Below the pieces are notes generated by a model. The model saw only the letters and a list, made by a program, of their open reading frames with translations, was not told the DNA's origin and searched no databases. Below, piece by piece: positions 40,856 to 55,126 of a stretch of DNA of 64,000 nucleotides. Origin of the DNA: Eledone cirrhosa (lineage: Eukaryota); assembly GCA_964016885.1 (NCBI GenBank), contig OZ024747.1:3782001-3846000 (forward strand), given 5' to 3'. A program made the translations under genes and the position numbers. Each line of letters opens with the position of its first letter. Position 1 is the stretch's first letter.

Positions 40856-41596
40856 AGGAGGAGGAAGAAGAGGAGGAGGAAGATGAATCATGTGATTTCA
40901 CGTCCTATACAAATACATGGCACCTTCAGCCATGTATTCTGCTTTACTCTTGGATTAACCAGTAAATTGTGAGAAATAGTTTGTCAGTGGAATTTACATA
41001 GAATCTAGTTAACAAATGAATTTCTCACATTCTTCAATGTTTCTGCCATGTTTATTAACAAGCAATATGAACATTAAATCCTTCTAATGAGCTGCATTAG
41101 GTAACAGGAAATCCCTTTGATTTATATACCAGAAAGGAAAAAAATGCAGAAAACAAAATAAGTTCAATCTTTTCACAAGACAGTTTTTTCTCTGTTTATT
41201 CAAGAAGGAAGTGTCTCTGCCCATGGCTTTTGATTGGTGATGATGGGGGTGGGGGTCTTCAAACTGGAGACTTGACTCAAGTACAAAAGAGTGGACACTG
41301 GTGAATGCACCCAGGGGCCAGATGATGTTATATTGACAATAAAAACAGTAGAGTATAGTTAATTACCAGATATCAGCTCTTGATTGTAGCCACTTTATAT
41401 ACAAGAAAGACTTTAGCAGCTAAAGTTAAATGTTATACTCATTCTCACCTCTTTTCTTATTACTTTAGTTTCACTTCCATCCTCATTATCACCAAATTCT
41501 TGATAGCTAAGTTAAGAAAATAATTTGAAGTTTAGGTATTTTAAGAGGGTATTGTAGTTTGCTTGAATCATTGTGTTAATGTATAAAGCTATCTAT

Positions 41597-41810
41597 CTAG
41601 AGCGGGTAAAATTCCTGAGATCTGTGGACGAGTTCTCTCCAGCGGTCTCTGTCCCTCATTTTCGCTGCCATGTCTTGTGACTCCAAGAGACCAGTGTCTG
41701 TCCTTAGGGCCTCAACATATGTTAACCTCGGTCTTCCTCTTCCAGTGTGTCCATGCAGGGGCTCCCACAGGAGCACTGAGTGTAGTGTCAACTCTGGATG
41801 TCGGTGATCA
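41597..41810 (-). mobile_element. RTE/RTEX-type LINE C-terminal fragment
   Basis: LLWEPLHGHTGRGRPRLTYVEALRTDTG...MRDRDRWRELV. Confidence 0.7.
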
Positions 41811-43012
41811 TGTTAGTATATAAAGCTATTTATTTATGACCTCAGCTGGCCTTTTTAGTTTTAGGATGGTTAGAATTTTTGAATTTAATAACCGTATATA
41901 TAACATTTGAATTCCAATTACATGTGCGAAGCTAACTTTGACATGTAAAATTAGGGGGTTTACTGTGTAATCAAATTTTTGTGTATGAGAGGCCCTGCCA
42001 AACTTGAATTGCCTCAGGCCCCAGAAGGTCTAAATTCAACCCTAGACATACAAAGGCTTTATATTTCATTATGGTTCTTTATTTACTTTCTAAGTTCAAA
42101 TCTTGTTGAAGTCAACTTACCCTTTAATTTTTCTGAGGTCTGATGTAATAAAGTACCAGTTAAATACTAAGGTTGATCTAATTGTCTACAACCCTTCCCT
42201 GAAATGTGACACTAGAAATGATTAAATTTGAAATTTTAATAATTTAAAGTACTTCAAAAATTTATGTGACAGTTAATATTTCTCTGTTTTCTCCAGAAAT
42301 AAGAGACAAGCAATCCCAGTGAGCAAAGCAAAGGAATTCATTTAACAAATAAGGTTCCAAACTGAACACTTAATCAGCTTGGAGATTCTATGGCAATAAT
42401 TCTCCCTCCTTGTCTAAATAAAAGCTTTTGTAATGAAATCTTTAGAATTCTGAAAAGGACTCTCTTTCTTTGTCAAATTTCTTTTTCATGTTTATATTCT
42501 TGTGGATATTTCTTCAGTTAATATTAATTAATTCCCATGGTTCCTCATTCTTTCTCTATTCTGACTATTATCTGTTGTCAACCTCTGATATTTATTTATT
42601 CATCCATTCTGACAATGTCATTTCTATCTTCTCTGTTGCAAACAACACTTCTTTCCATCATTTACCAACTCTTGTCTTTGCTGCTGCCTTCTTCTTCTTC
42701 TCCCCCCCCCCCCTCATCTACCCCCTCTCCCCCACATTTCTCACCTCACCTTAGCTCCTCTACCCCACCCCTCTATCTGGAATGTTCTCCTATATAACCT
42801 TCATGTCTCTATATTATCCACATTATAGGGCCTTCATTATATATAAAGTAGTAGAAATAATTGTTTTTGTTGTTGTTTAGCCACAATTCTGCCATGTTAA
42901 GGAGACATATGGTCAAATACATTCCTGCCATGACCACCCCTTCTTAGTTTTAACCACAGGTCATCTAGAACCATATTTTCCAATATGTCTTCTCTCTTAA
43001 TTTTATCTAAAA

Positions 43013-43212
43013 ATAATGATTTCTAATATAGCCACAAGGCCAGCAATTTTGAGGGAGGGGTAAAGTTGATTAAATCAACCCAGTACATTTTATCGTCGAC
43101 CCCGTAAGGATGAAAAGCAAAGTTAACCTCAGCAGGATTTGAACTCAGAACGTAAAGGGCTATAACTCTATGCTGCAAAGAATGGTGTCTGACACTCTAC
43201 CGTTACTGACAA
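43013..43212 (-). mobile_element. SINE family A
   Basis: Same consensus. Confidence 0.75.
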
Positions 43213-44134
43213 TTAAGTTATAATGGAAGGTTTTTAGATAAATATAAACAATTTAAACAAACAGTTTTATAAAACAAAACTAAGAGCCACATAGGACCCC
43301 ATTTGCTCACCATATGGAGAGATGGGGAGGATGAGAGAGATGGAGGGGATGACAGTGGGAATTTGGCTGTTCTTTCATGCTTGCTTAGGTTACATTGTGA
43401 TAGAAGTCATTATGTATTAGCACTTAAGTATTAGAAGAGTTTTGATGAGAGACAGAAGAAATAAAAAGATAGACGAGAGAAAAGAAATAAAGAAACGAGT
43501 TTCAGAAAATTTGATATCAAAATAGTTAACCTTAGATCAACCCTGACTGAGTAGATCGGAGTAATCTTTTGCTTGGTTTAATATACTACTACTTGGCTGT
43601 CTTTAAACAACATTGACTCGGTTGAAAACTTCCAAAGCTGAACCTCTAGTCTGAGGATAAGTTATTTCCATGCTTCCAGCAGTCCCAGAGGTTAGAAAAA
43701 AAACCAAAGGCCGAGGGCATTGCTCATCCTTCTCTAACGAAATCATTAAAAATACAACACAAAGAACCTAAATACTTACTGTATCTGTCCACAGGAAAGA
43801 CAGAATTGTTCATAAGGTGTTTTAGACATGGATAAAGCAGAGAAACCATTAATCCTTTGGCTGGCAGCCTGATATCATATACACTAGACAACAGTGCCAA
43901 CTACCAGCCTTGTGTATTATTCCATTAACTGGTCCCAAACTAACAGAATCCTTTGCCAAACTCAGCAGACCAACAGACAGTTGCCTAAGACAATAACAAA
44001 GGAAGAGAACATTTCAATACATTTGATTGGGACATGTTGAAGATTGTCAGAAATTGGCAATTTTGGGGATTCAATTATTTCAGGTGAATCTATAATTGGT
44101 TTAATTGTGAGAGATTACAAACTATATATATATA

Positions 44135-44293
<159 letters not shown>

Positions 44294-44294
44294 G

Positions 44295-44409
<115 letters not shown>

Positions 44410-44410
44410 G

Positions 44411-44540
<130 letters not shown>

Positions 44541-45098
44541 AATAGATAGATGTGTGTATATATATATATATATGTGTACATTCACACGCATACATACATA
44601 TATATGTATGTGTGTATATATACACATACACACATACAATAACTGAGTGACACCTAGACAAATAGAACATGCAGAGAATAGGATAAACTACCAGAAAGAG
44701 AGAGAGAAAAAGAGAGCAAGGAAGTAATAAATAGGAAGAGTTGGTGTGTGTGTGTGTATGTGTATGTATGTATGTGTGTATGTGTGTTATGTATGTGTGT
44801 ATGTATGTATGTATGTATGCGTATAAAAGGGAAATGAAAGGTGGTAAATGAAAACTAAAAAATAAATATATAGAAAAGTTGATAGATTAGATGAAGGTGA
44901 ATATATATTGTATGTATATATATTGTATATATACATGTGTATATATTATATACACATGTATACAATGTATATATTGTATGTGAGACGGAGTGAAAAGTAA
45001 ATAATGACAATGTAGAAAGACAGACAGACAAATCACACACACACATATACATATATATACACACACACATACATATACATACATATATACATATACAC

Positions 45099-45129
<31 letters not shown>

Positions 45130-45216
45130 CATATATATATATTTTTTATATATATGGATGGGTATATATATATATACGAAAGACACAGAAAAAAAAGAAG
45201 AGAGAGACAGAGTGAT

Positions 45217-45248
<32 letters not shown>

Positions 45249-45904
45249 CCAAAGTCAGGGAAAGAGAGAAAGAGTGAGGGTGGAAGTGTGTGTATGTGTA
45301 TTAAACGTGTGTGTGTATTAAAAGTGTGTGTGTGTGTATTAAAAGTGTGTGTGTGTGTATTAAACGTCTATGTAATTGAAAGAGAAAGTTATAGATATTT
45401 TACCACAACTTTAAAAAAGAAAGAAAATAAAGAAACAAAATTCAAAAATAAAATAAACCAATATAAAAAAGAAAAAAGCAAAAATATAATAAAATAAAAT
45501 AAAATAAAACTAAAAAAAAAGTGCGAACAAATCTTTCTTCTTTCATCTTTGTCCGATTTTTAAGATTTGTGAAAGCCAGAATTCTTGTGAGCTGGAATTA
45601 GAAATGTGATTTTGAATATGATTCAAAGCTGAACAGAACATAATGAATCTTTTTACAATTCCTACAAATCTATTTCTCTTCAGATCTTTATATTTCCAAA
45701 GATAGCTGCAGCTATATGACAATATCTTTGTGGTTACTGAGAAAGCAATTACTTTTATATATTTGGCTCAGTAAAATACATTGACCAAAACACTGAAACC
45801 CCTATTGGTAAAAACTAACACAGGGTTAAATTTGGCTTCTTTCTCTCTCCTCTATCTTCTGTACAGTTTATAATTCTCTGCTCCATTGAATGTTTATGAA
45901 AGCA

Positions 45905-46665
45905 ATATACCTATGTATGTTTGTATGTTTGTATGTTTGTATGTTTGTGTGTATATACCTATGTGTGTTTGTGTGTTTGTATGTTTGTGTGTTTGTGTGT
46001 TTGTATGTATATACCTATGTATGTTTGTATGTTTGTGTGTTTGTATGTTTGTGTGTATATACCTATGTATGTTTGTATGTTTGTATGTTTGTGTGTTTGT
46101 GTGTTTGTGTGTTTGTATGTATATACCTATGTGTGTTTGTGTGTTTGTGTGTTTGTATATATATACCTATGTGTGTTTGTGTGTTTGTGTGTTTGTATGT
46201 ATATACCTATGTATGTTTGTGTGTTTGTGTGTTTGTGTGTATATACCTATGTATGTTTGTATGTTTGTGTGTTTGTATGTATATACCTATGTATGTTTGT
46301 GTGTTTCTGTGTTTGTGTGTATATACCTATGTGTGTTTGTGTGTTTGTGTGTTTGTGTGTTTGTGTGTTTGTGTGTTTGTATGTTTGTGTGTATATACCT
46401 ATGTATGTTTGTATGTTTGTGTGTATATACCTATGTATGTTTGTGTGTTTGTGTGTATATACCTATGTATGTTTGTGTGTTTGTGTGTATATACCTATGT
46501 ATGTTTGTATGTTTGTGTGTTTGTATGTTTGTATGTATATAGCTATGTATGTTTGTGTGTTTGTGTGTTTGTGTGTTCGTGTGTATATACCTATGTATGT
46601 TTGTGTGTTTGTATGTTTGTGTTTGTGTGTATATACCTATGTATGTTTGTGTGTTTGTGTGTTTG
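45905..46665. repeat. Compound (TGTTTGTR)n / gtatatacctat array
   Basis: Seen directly. Confidence 0.9.
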
Positions 46666-47154
46666 TAGGTGAATGTATGAATGTGTGTGTAATGTATGTA
46701 TATATGTTTGTATGTATGTATTTATGTATTTAATATATATATATATATATATGTGTATGTATGTATATATATATATAGGGAAATGTGTAGGGTCATTACA
46801 GCATCAGAGAAAAAGCTCTTCTGGTATATTTTCCAACTAACTTTAGTTCAAATCACTCTGACCTCAACTTTACCTTTTATCATTCAGTTGAAAAGCTGTG
46901 CTTTGAGAGATTTGTTAAAGCTTTAGGCAGAATACCTTGAAAGATCTGTTCAGGTGTATATTCTAAGTAAAAATACTGTCTTCAGTGAGAAATAAACCAG
47001 TGATCTGACTGCCAGAAGTTCTGACCAATAAAAGAAAAAATGGAAGAATAGTTTTCTTGGTTCAATTTGGAAAACTCTATTCTTTCCTATCATTTCCCCT
47101 TTTATATGCATACATTCATACATACACTCATACACACACACACTCATATATATA

Positions 47155-47592
47155 TATAAACGTTTGTATATGTATAATAAAGCCAAAACAATGCAGGTAT
47201 GGACATAGAATAAAGAATGCAAATGCAAAAGATATTGTTGACAATTAGTCTTTTACCTTAGATTTATTTAAATGTCCTTAATTTTCGAGATAATATCTCT
47301 TCTTCAGAGGGAAGTAAAGTTGTCAAACCAGTGTTCTAAATAGCTTGCCAAGTCATGCTGACAGGAAATGGTATAGATTATCTGTTCTATCTCTAATGTC
47401 AAAAAAGAAGAGATATTATCTCTAAAATTAAGGACATTTAAATAAATCTAAGGTAAAAGACTAATTGTCAACAATATCTTTTGGATTTGCATTCTTTATT
47501 CTATGTCCATACCTGCATTGTTTTGGCTTTATTATACATATACAAACGTTTATACCTCATTACACAATGCTTCAAGTGAACTATAACCTCCT

Positions 47593-47595
<3 letters not shown>
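47155..47595. mobile_element. (TA)n-flanked foldback element with 150-bp inverted arms and a hammerhead core
   Basis: Arms 47155-47304 and 47405-47554 with 2 mismatches seen; 100-bp spacer. Minus-strand CTGAAGA-A-GAGAT ATT ATCTC-GAAA at 47283-47307. Confidence 0.7.
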
Positions 47596-47652
<57 letters not shown>

Positions 47653-47656
<4 letters not shown>

Positions 47657-47779
47657 TTAATATAGAAGAGCTTCTACAGGACTAGAACTGTTTCATTCAT
47701 TAGAAATCATCAGGAATCCTGATGATTTCTAATGAATGAAACAGTTCTAGTCCTGTAGAAGCTCTTCTATATTAAAACT
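47653..47779. mobile_element. Perfect palindrome (63-bp arms) with two divergent hammerhead cores; same family as 53213-53421
   Basis: Arms 47653-47715 and 47717-47779. On +, CTGATGA at 47719-47725, GAAA at 47738-47741, then CAG...CTG-TA. The 5' strand of stem I is cut by the inversion. The element continues to (TA)n at about 47850. Confidence 0.8.
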
Positions 47780-47845
47780 GTTATACTCTGCTATGTATTG
47801 AGTACCTTACTTACTGTGGTTACCTCCGATTCAACCTGGAATAAC

Positions 47846-47896
<51 letters not shown>

Positions 47897-47937
47897 GGAA
47901 AACGAAGAATCAGTGATGCAACGGAACACAATTTATT

Positions 47938-48032
47938 AACGTATTACAATTGTTTCTCCGGTGAACAGCTAGAGGTGCGATCTGTTTGTGGATCAAACTT
48001 GACTCTGGATTCGCAAGTTCCTCAGATACATC
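47938..48032 (-). ncRNA. Hammerhead-like motif with long stem II insertion
   Basis: Minus strand reads gatgtat-CTGAGGA-(62 nt)-GAAA-CAATTG-TA-atacgtt. 7-bp stem I with two G.U; palindromic stem III. Lies in a (TA)n-flanked element at 47892-48130. Confidence 0.6.
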
Positions 48033-48125
48033 TGGTTACTTCGAAGCAAATCCTCTCTCTGCTCTGAAGGAGCACAGAGTGCTCAACCGGAATACCACCT
48101 ATGGACGCATCCTAGTAACCTCACT

Positions 48126-48173
<48 letters not shown>

Positions 48174-49249
48174 TTCACAGAATTAGAATTCTAAAGTAAA
48201 TTTTCCAGTCCAGCTTTCTGTTGTTGTTTAATGAATACTTATCTCCATTCCTGCACCAACCACTGGATACCATATCTATGGTGGATGACTTACCACATGT
48301 TGAGTGCTTTAATTAATTTGTTGCATCATTTACCAACTTGAACCACTAGTTCTACCCATTGGTAAACAGCCCAACATAAATGATATATATATATATATAC
48401 AGACACTTATATATATATGGACATTTTTATATGCTAGCTTATTCAAGTTCACCTCTTAAGCTAAGTATGTAGTAGATATTTTAAAATACTTATTTTGATT
48501 GGTTCCTCCATCAAACATTTGTAGAGGAGTGAGAGGTCTTTGCAATAGTAGTCCATAAAGTAAAGCAACAACAAGGGTATTGTGTCCTCTTGACTTTTAA
48601 GAAAAAGGGAATTATCAAATTTCATTAATATATTTAAATTAAACTGTTCATTGACAGATGCAAGATATTTCTGTCTTTTGGATATCATCTGATCAGAGCC
48701 AAACCAGTGAAAATATAGAAGTTATATTGGAGAGAAAAGATACAATATTAAAAAGGAAATTCTAGATATGAAAAGTTAATTGTATTGGGTGTTTCAATAT
48801 TTCAGTGATATCTTCTGTTACAATCTCACACATAACTACCTGCATCAGTTGTTAGCTGTCGAGACACTGCATCCTTTAAAATCTTCATGCTTCCTGAGAT
48901 TCGTCAACACTATACCTGATATCCCCGTTCCATGTGTGCGCACATGTATTTCATGACTCATACACTGTTCACTTCCCTGACATTTGTACATTATTCTATG
49001 TACTATACATGCACCTGTGATGAGTTCTAGTGCACCTGAGCACTGTACACAATAATTTCATTATTATCATTATTATATGACAGGGTTTTGAAGAAAAATA
49101 TGTCTACCAAGGTATTGATCATTGACAAGGCATTTATCAACCCAAGGCTATAGTGGAAGATACTCACTCAATGTGACATGCAATGGAGCTGAACCTAAAG
49201 CTGTGTGGTTTTGAAGTGACCCACATAGCCATGCAGGTGTCTACATACA

Positions 49250-49388
<139 letters not shown>

Positions 49389-49568
49389 TACCCTCTCCAG
49401 CCACAACCAAGCCATTAGCAGAGAAGGATGGACAGACAAATATACTTTCTTCTCTGAAGGATCATGTATGTGAAAATTAACTTTTCTTCCCCTCTCTATA
49501 TTTTTTTTGTTATTATCATTATTTTCACTATTTGTACAAATATGCAACTTAACAATATCCTGCATATC

Positions 49569-49608
49569 TGCAACTGACAATGTATTTAATGCTGAAACCG
49601 GTATTGTA
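49569..49608 (+). ncRNA. Degenerate minimal hammerhead (CTGACAA, G8A)
   Basis: tgcaa-CTGACAA-tgtatttaatgct-GAAA-CCGG-TA-ttgta, followed by an AT-rich tail and (TA)n at about 49680. Confidence 0.5.
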
Positions 49609-49676
49609 AATAAATTAATGTTTTGATATTTCACTAAAGAAACCTCTTCAACATTTTCTACTGAAAAAATCTATTT

Positions 49677-49764
<88 letters not shown>

Positions 49765-49871
49765 ATATATATATATATATATTATTTATGTGCTGAATAA
49801 GACCCGTCCCACCCTTGAAAGCAGGGAAGAGTGGACGTAAAATGATGATGATGATGATGATGATGATATAT

Positions 49872-49920
<49 letters not shown>

Positions 49921-49921
<1 letters not shown>

Positions 49922-50222
49922 CAATCTAAAGGCTGTGAGTTCAATTCTCAGACCGGGTGATGTGTTGTTTCCTTGAGCAAGACACTTTATTTCACATTGC
50001 TCCAGTTTACTCAGCTGTAGAAATGAGATGATAGGGACTGGGGTCCATATCATTCCACTGCAAAGTGGTCATGGAGGTGCCACGGAAAAAAGCACCCAGC
50101 ACTCACTGTAAATGAGGTTGGTGTTAGGAAGGGCATCCAGCTGTAGAAATCAAGCCAGAATCAGTTCCCGTCCCACCCTTGCAAGCAGAGAAAAGCGGAC
50201 GTAAATTGAAATGAAATGAAAA
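49921..50222 (+). mobile_element. SINE family B, near full length
   Basis: B box, CORE-like block, hairpin and tail. Confidence 0.8.
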
Positions 50223-50442
50223 ATGAGTTTTTTTTTATAAGAAAATGAAAGTAAAAGAAAGAAACAAGATGTCCTACATGGGTGAAAGTATAAGGGAAAG
50301 AAATTGAAAATGCAATTGGAGTCTTTTTAAGAATATTTATTTATTTCCTTTACTGGTTTCACAGTTCTTATGATTTTTTTCAAAAATAAAATTGAGATGG
50401 AGGGTTTGTGATTTGTCTCGCCTCTGTATATATATATATATA

Positions 50443-50665
50443 GGCTACGTTGGTACGGTCACGTGATGCGCATGAAAGACGACAGCTGTATAACAAAGTG
50501 CAGGGCAATAAAGATAGACGGTAGCCACGGAGTAGGCAGACCCAGAAAAACATGGGACGAGCTGATAAATTCCGACCTCACACGCTTACACCTCTCCAAG
50601 ACAATGTCACTGGACCGAGACCTTTGGCGGTACTCAGTAATAGAGAAGACCCGCCTTACCTAAAT
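50443..50665 (+). mobile_element. RTE-clade LINE 3' fragment
   Basis: RLRWYGHVMRMKDDSCITKC...GRPRKTWDELINSDL...DRDLWR. Confidence 0.8.
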
Positions 50666-50804
50666 ACAAAGTAAAAACCTACTACAGTCAGTAGGCATCT
50701 CTATCAAAACACACCCCCGTCCCACCACCTCCACCCCACCCACACCGCCCCTTTCAATGTAAAGTTATGTTGGTCCCACAACATCCAGGCCGAAACAAAT
50801 GAGA

Positions 50805-51170
50805 TCGTGTAGGTGTCACGACAAAAAACACACAGTCCACGCTGTAAATGTGGCCGTGTAGGCAACACGGTAAAAACCTCCCAGCCCCACACTGTAAATG
50901 TGGTTGGTGTTAGGAAGGGCATCCAGCTGTAGAAAACCCGCCAGATAGTCCACGCTGTAATGTGGCCGTGTAGGCAACACGGTAAAAACCTCCCAGCCCC
51001 ACACTGTAAATGTGGTTGGTGTTAGGAAGGGCATCCAACTGTAGAAAACCCGCCAGACAGTCCTATGCGAGCAAGACAACCACTCTTGCCTCAAGTGGGA
51101 AAACCCCCGTCCAAACCCATGCAAGCGTGGAACATGGACGCTAAACCTGATGATGATGATGATGATGATG
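50805..51170 (+). mobile_element. SINE family B 3' part with an internal duplication of about 120 bp
   Basis: gtccacgctgtaa...gtagaaaacccgccaga occurs twice. Confidence 0.75.
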
Positions 51171-51201
51171 ATATACACACATACACACATATATATATAT
51201 A

Positions 51202-51505
51202 AATGGGGTGGTATCAAAAGGTTTCTGGACTAGTTCTGTAGCGTGCCAAAAGATGGCAACACACAGTTGTGCATGTAGTGAGAGCTAGCAGTGACCTTCA
51301 TGTGCCAGTGTTCTGAGTGACATCGCTGTGTTCTCTTTTGTGAAATTGTCATAAACAGGATAGTTGGAACAAAGAACTAACATGAAATTTTGTGTTCAAC
51401 TTGGGAAGTCTGCTAAAGAGACATTGAGCATACTTTGGCAAGCTTACGGTGACGAGGCAATGGGTCGTAGGCAATGTTTCAAGTGACACGGGCACATCAA
51501 AAGCT
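51202..51505 (+). mobile_element. Mariner (Tc1/mariner) 5' relic
   Basis: TIR-like ggggtggtatcaaaaggtttctggact after TA. 51364-51504 translates LEQRTNMKFCVQLGKSAKETLSILWQAYGDEAMGRRQCFK*HGHIKS, a mariner transposase N-terminal HTH. Confidence 0.8.
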
Positions 51506-51639
51506 TCAAAAGTTTCATCTACTTAATTAAATAATTATCTGGCTAGTCTTTTTACTAGTAAGATCTTAACCATATGTGTAGTTGAAACAAAGAGATCAAT
51601 AGTAACAATAACAAAAGAGACAGACTACCTCTGAGGCTT

Positions 51640-52745
51640 GTTGGTTGGCTGGCTGGTGGCTGGCTGGTGGCTGGCTGGTGGCTGGTGGCTGGCTGGTTGG
51701 CTGGTTGGTTGGCTGGTTGGTTGGTTGGTTGGTTGGTTGGTTGGTTGGTTGGTTGGTTGGTTGGTTGGTTGGTTGGTTGGATGGCTGGTTGGCTAACTGG
51801 CTGGCTGGATGGTTGGTTGGCTGACTGGCTGGCTGGTTGGCTAGCTGGCTGGATGGTTGGCTGGCTGGTGGTTGGTTGGTTGGTTGGTTGGATGGCTGGT
51901 TGGCTAGCTGGCTGGTTTGATGGCTTGGTGGGCTGACTGGCTGGCTGGTTGGTTGGCTGGCTGGAGGTTTGATGGCTTGTCTAGCTGGCTGGTTGGTAGG
52001 CCGGCTGGCTGGCTGGTTGGCTAGCTGGCTGGCTGGTTGGTTGGTAGGCTGGCTGGCTGGTTAGTTGGTTGGTTGGATGGCTGGTTTGATGGCTTGGTGG
52101 GCTGACTGGCTGGCTGGTTGACTGGATGGCTGGCTGGTTGGGTGGCTTGGTGGGCTGGCTGGTATAGATGGCTTGATGGGCTGGCTGGCTGGATGGTTTG
52201 ATGGCTTGGTGGGCTGGCTGGCTGGCTGGCTGGTTGGTAGGCTAGCTGGCTGGATGGTTGGTAGCTGGCTGGATGGTTGGATAGCTGGCTGGCTGGTTGG
52301 TTGGTTGGTTGGCTGGCTGGCTGGTTGGCTAGCTGGCTGGTTTGACTGCTTGGTGGGCTGGCTGGCTGGTTGACTGGATGGCTGGCTGGATGGGTGGCTT
52401 GGTGGGCTGGCTGGTTTAGATGGTTTGATGGGCTGGCTGGCTGGATGGTTGATGGATGGTTGGCTGGCTGGACTGGCTCTCAGGATAGCTCACTGGCTGC
52501 CTGGTTAGATTTCTGGCTGGTTAGATGGCTGGCTGGTCAGATGGCTGTGTGGTTAGATGGCTAGGCTGGCTCTCAAGCTAGCTCGCTGGCTGGCTGGTTA
52601 GATGGCTGGATGGTTAGATGGCTTGGTTGGCTGGCTAGATGGTTAGATGGTTGCCTGGTTAGATAGCTTGGCTGGCTGCCTGGTTTAATCGCTTGGCTAG
52701 TCTGGAATGAAGGCTGGACTGTTTGCTTGGCTACGCTGGCTGGCT
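51640..52745. repeat. Degenerate (TGGC/TGGT)n tetranucleotide array
   Basis: Seen directly. Confidence 0.9.
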
Positions 52746-52922
52746 CCACATTGATAGTAACTGAATGCTGGTGTAGTGAAGCACTTGATTATTTCAACTC
52801 ACTTTAAAAGCAATCCATTGAATCAGAGGTTAGAAATATTCACTTGGTTTACCTGCCAAAACCATTGTGTTTTGAAGTGTGTACTGAACACAACCCTCCT
52901 CCTCCTCCTTTCTCACTACTTC

Positions 52923-52958
<36 letters not shown>

Positions 52959-53106
52959 AAGACACAGCTCCTTCACTTCTCTATACAATGTGTGTATGTG
53001 TGTGTGTTGTTTGTATCTGTAAGTGTTTGTTAAAGACATCCACTATACTTCTGTATATTCTTGTGTGTGTATGAATATATATATATATCTATACATATAT
53101 ATGTGT

Positions 53107-53190
<84 letters not shown>

Positions 53191-53291
53191 TATATACATA
53201 TATATATATATAAGTTATTCTGGGTTCAATCGGGGTTAACCACAGTAAGTAAGGTACTCAATACATAGCAGAGTATAAAAGTTTTAATATA

Positions 53292-53350
53292 GATGAGATT
53301 CTACAGGACTAGAACTGTTCCATTCTTTAGAAATCATCAGGAATCATCAT
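53292..53350 (-). ncRNA. Hammerhead ribozyme mirror copy with GAAA>GGAA core mutation
   Basis: Inverted copy of 53352-53408 with intact CAG/CTG stem III but GGAA instead of GAAA. Confidence 0.6.
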
Positions 53351-53351
53351 C

Positions 53352-53408
53352 ATGAGATTCCTGATGATTTCTAAAGAATGAAACAGTTCTAGTCCAGTAG
53401 AATCTCAT
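53352..53408 (+). ncRNA. Type I hammerhead ribozyme (one stem III mismatch)
   Basis: atgagattc-CTGATGA-tttctaaagaat-GAAA-cagttctagtccag-TA-gaatctcat. Perfect 9-bp stem I. Confidence 0.75.
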
Positions 53409-53749
53409 CTATATTAAAACTTATATATATATATATACATGAAAGTATATATTCTAATACATATTTCTACATGAGTTCTGTCCACTTTCCATTTTTCTAA
53501 TTATAAAGGTAGAGTCATGTCATATGACATTGTCATATGACATTGTCATATGACATTGTCATGTGACATTGTCACATGACGTTACATTTGGTAAAATAGA
53601 TATTTCAACTTTAAATAATTATGATGGTCTGTGAATACCATCTCAGAACCAACCATATTTGGATGTTATTCATGCATGTGAATATATAAGGGAATTTCTC
53701 TGTGCATGTGTGTATACGTATGTGTGTATACATACACAAGGACATACTC

Positions 53750-53804
<55 letters not shown>

Positions 53805-53974
53805 TATATAGAAAGAGAGAGAGACAGAGAAATATGTAAAATCCGAACTGCTTGGCGCCACAGTTAAGATTTTACATATTTCTGTATCCACTCTGTATCT
53901 CGGCATGTATTGAGTACTCCCATGATTAGTGGTCTCCTCGATCTCAGCACTGCAGAATATATATATACATACAT

Positions 53975-54010
<36 letters not shown>

Positions 54011-54017
54011 TTTTTTT

Positions 54018-54244
54018 TTCATTTCATTTTTCATTTCATTTCACGTCCGCTTTTCCCTGCTTGCAAGGGTGGGACGGTAACTGATTCTGGCTTGATTTCT
54101 ACAGCTGGATGCCCTTCCTAACACCAACCTCACTTACAGTGAGTGCTGGGTGCTTTTTGGCATGGCACCTCCACGACCACTTTGCAGTGGAATGATATGG
54201 ACCCCAGTCCCTATCATCTCATTTCTACAGCGGAGTAAACTGGA
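54018..54244 (-). mobile_element. SINE family B
   Basis: Reverse complement of the 3641-3920 type. Confidence 0.8.
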
Positions 54245-54253
54245 TATATATAT

Positions 54254-54305
<52 letters not shown>

Positions 54306-54369
54306 TTATATATATATGTATGTATGTATTTATATATATATATATGTATGTATGTACATATATAAATAT

Positions 54370-54402
<33 letters not shown>

Positions 54403-54446
54403 CAATGATATTAAATAAATGGAAACTATATTTATAAAACCAGATT

Positions 54447-54507
54447 TATTCTATTATATATATTTCAAGGGTACCAAAATGTTGGTACACTATCATCAGA
54501 TAAAATA
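54447..54507 (-). ncRNA. Minimal type I hammerhead ribozyme
   Basis: Minus strand reads tattttat-CTGATGA-tagtgtaccaa catt ttggtaccctt-GAAA-TATATA-TA-atagaata. 8-bp stem I with one G.U; palindromic stem III. Confidence 0.78.
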
Positions 54508-54555
54508 CGAAGTGTGTTTTATAAATTTTGACATAACCGAGGAGAATATACCTTA

Positions 54556-55126
54556 ATGGTTCAAGTTATCCCATGGATAGTTCAAGTTATCCCATGGATA
54601 GTTCAAGTTATTCCATGGATAGTTCAAGTTATTCCATGGATAGTTCAAGTTATTCCATGGATAGTTCAAGTTATTCCATGGATAGTTCAAGTTATTCCAT
54701 GGATAGTTCAAGTTATTCCATGGATAGTTCAAGTCATTCCATGGATAGTTCAAGTTATTCCATGGATAGTTCAAGTCATTCCATGGATAGTTCAAGTTAT
54801 TCCATGGATAGTTCAAGTCATTCCATGGATAGTTCAAGTTATTCCATGGATAGTTCAAGTTATTCCATGGATAGTTCAAGTTATTCCATGGATAGTTCAA
54901 GTTATTCCATGGATAGTTCAAGTTATTCCATGGATAGTTCAAGTTATTCCATGGATAGTTCAAGTTATTCCATGGATAGTTCAAGTTATTCCATGGATAG
55001 TTCAAGTTATTCCATGGATAGTTCAAGTTATTCCATGGATAGTTCAAGTTATTCCATGGATAGTTCAAGTTATTCCATGGATAGTTCAAGTCATTCCATG
55101 GATAGTTCAAGTTATTCCATGGATAG
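54556..55126. repeat. 21-bp minisatellite, about 27 near-identical copies
   Basis: Unit atggatagttcaagttattcc; no spacers. Confidence 0.95.

Noticed and set aside
54556-55126. CRISPR array or repeat protein
   Set aside because: Units are contiguous with no spacers, the context is eukaryotic, and the ORFs are a by-product of a 21-nt unit.
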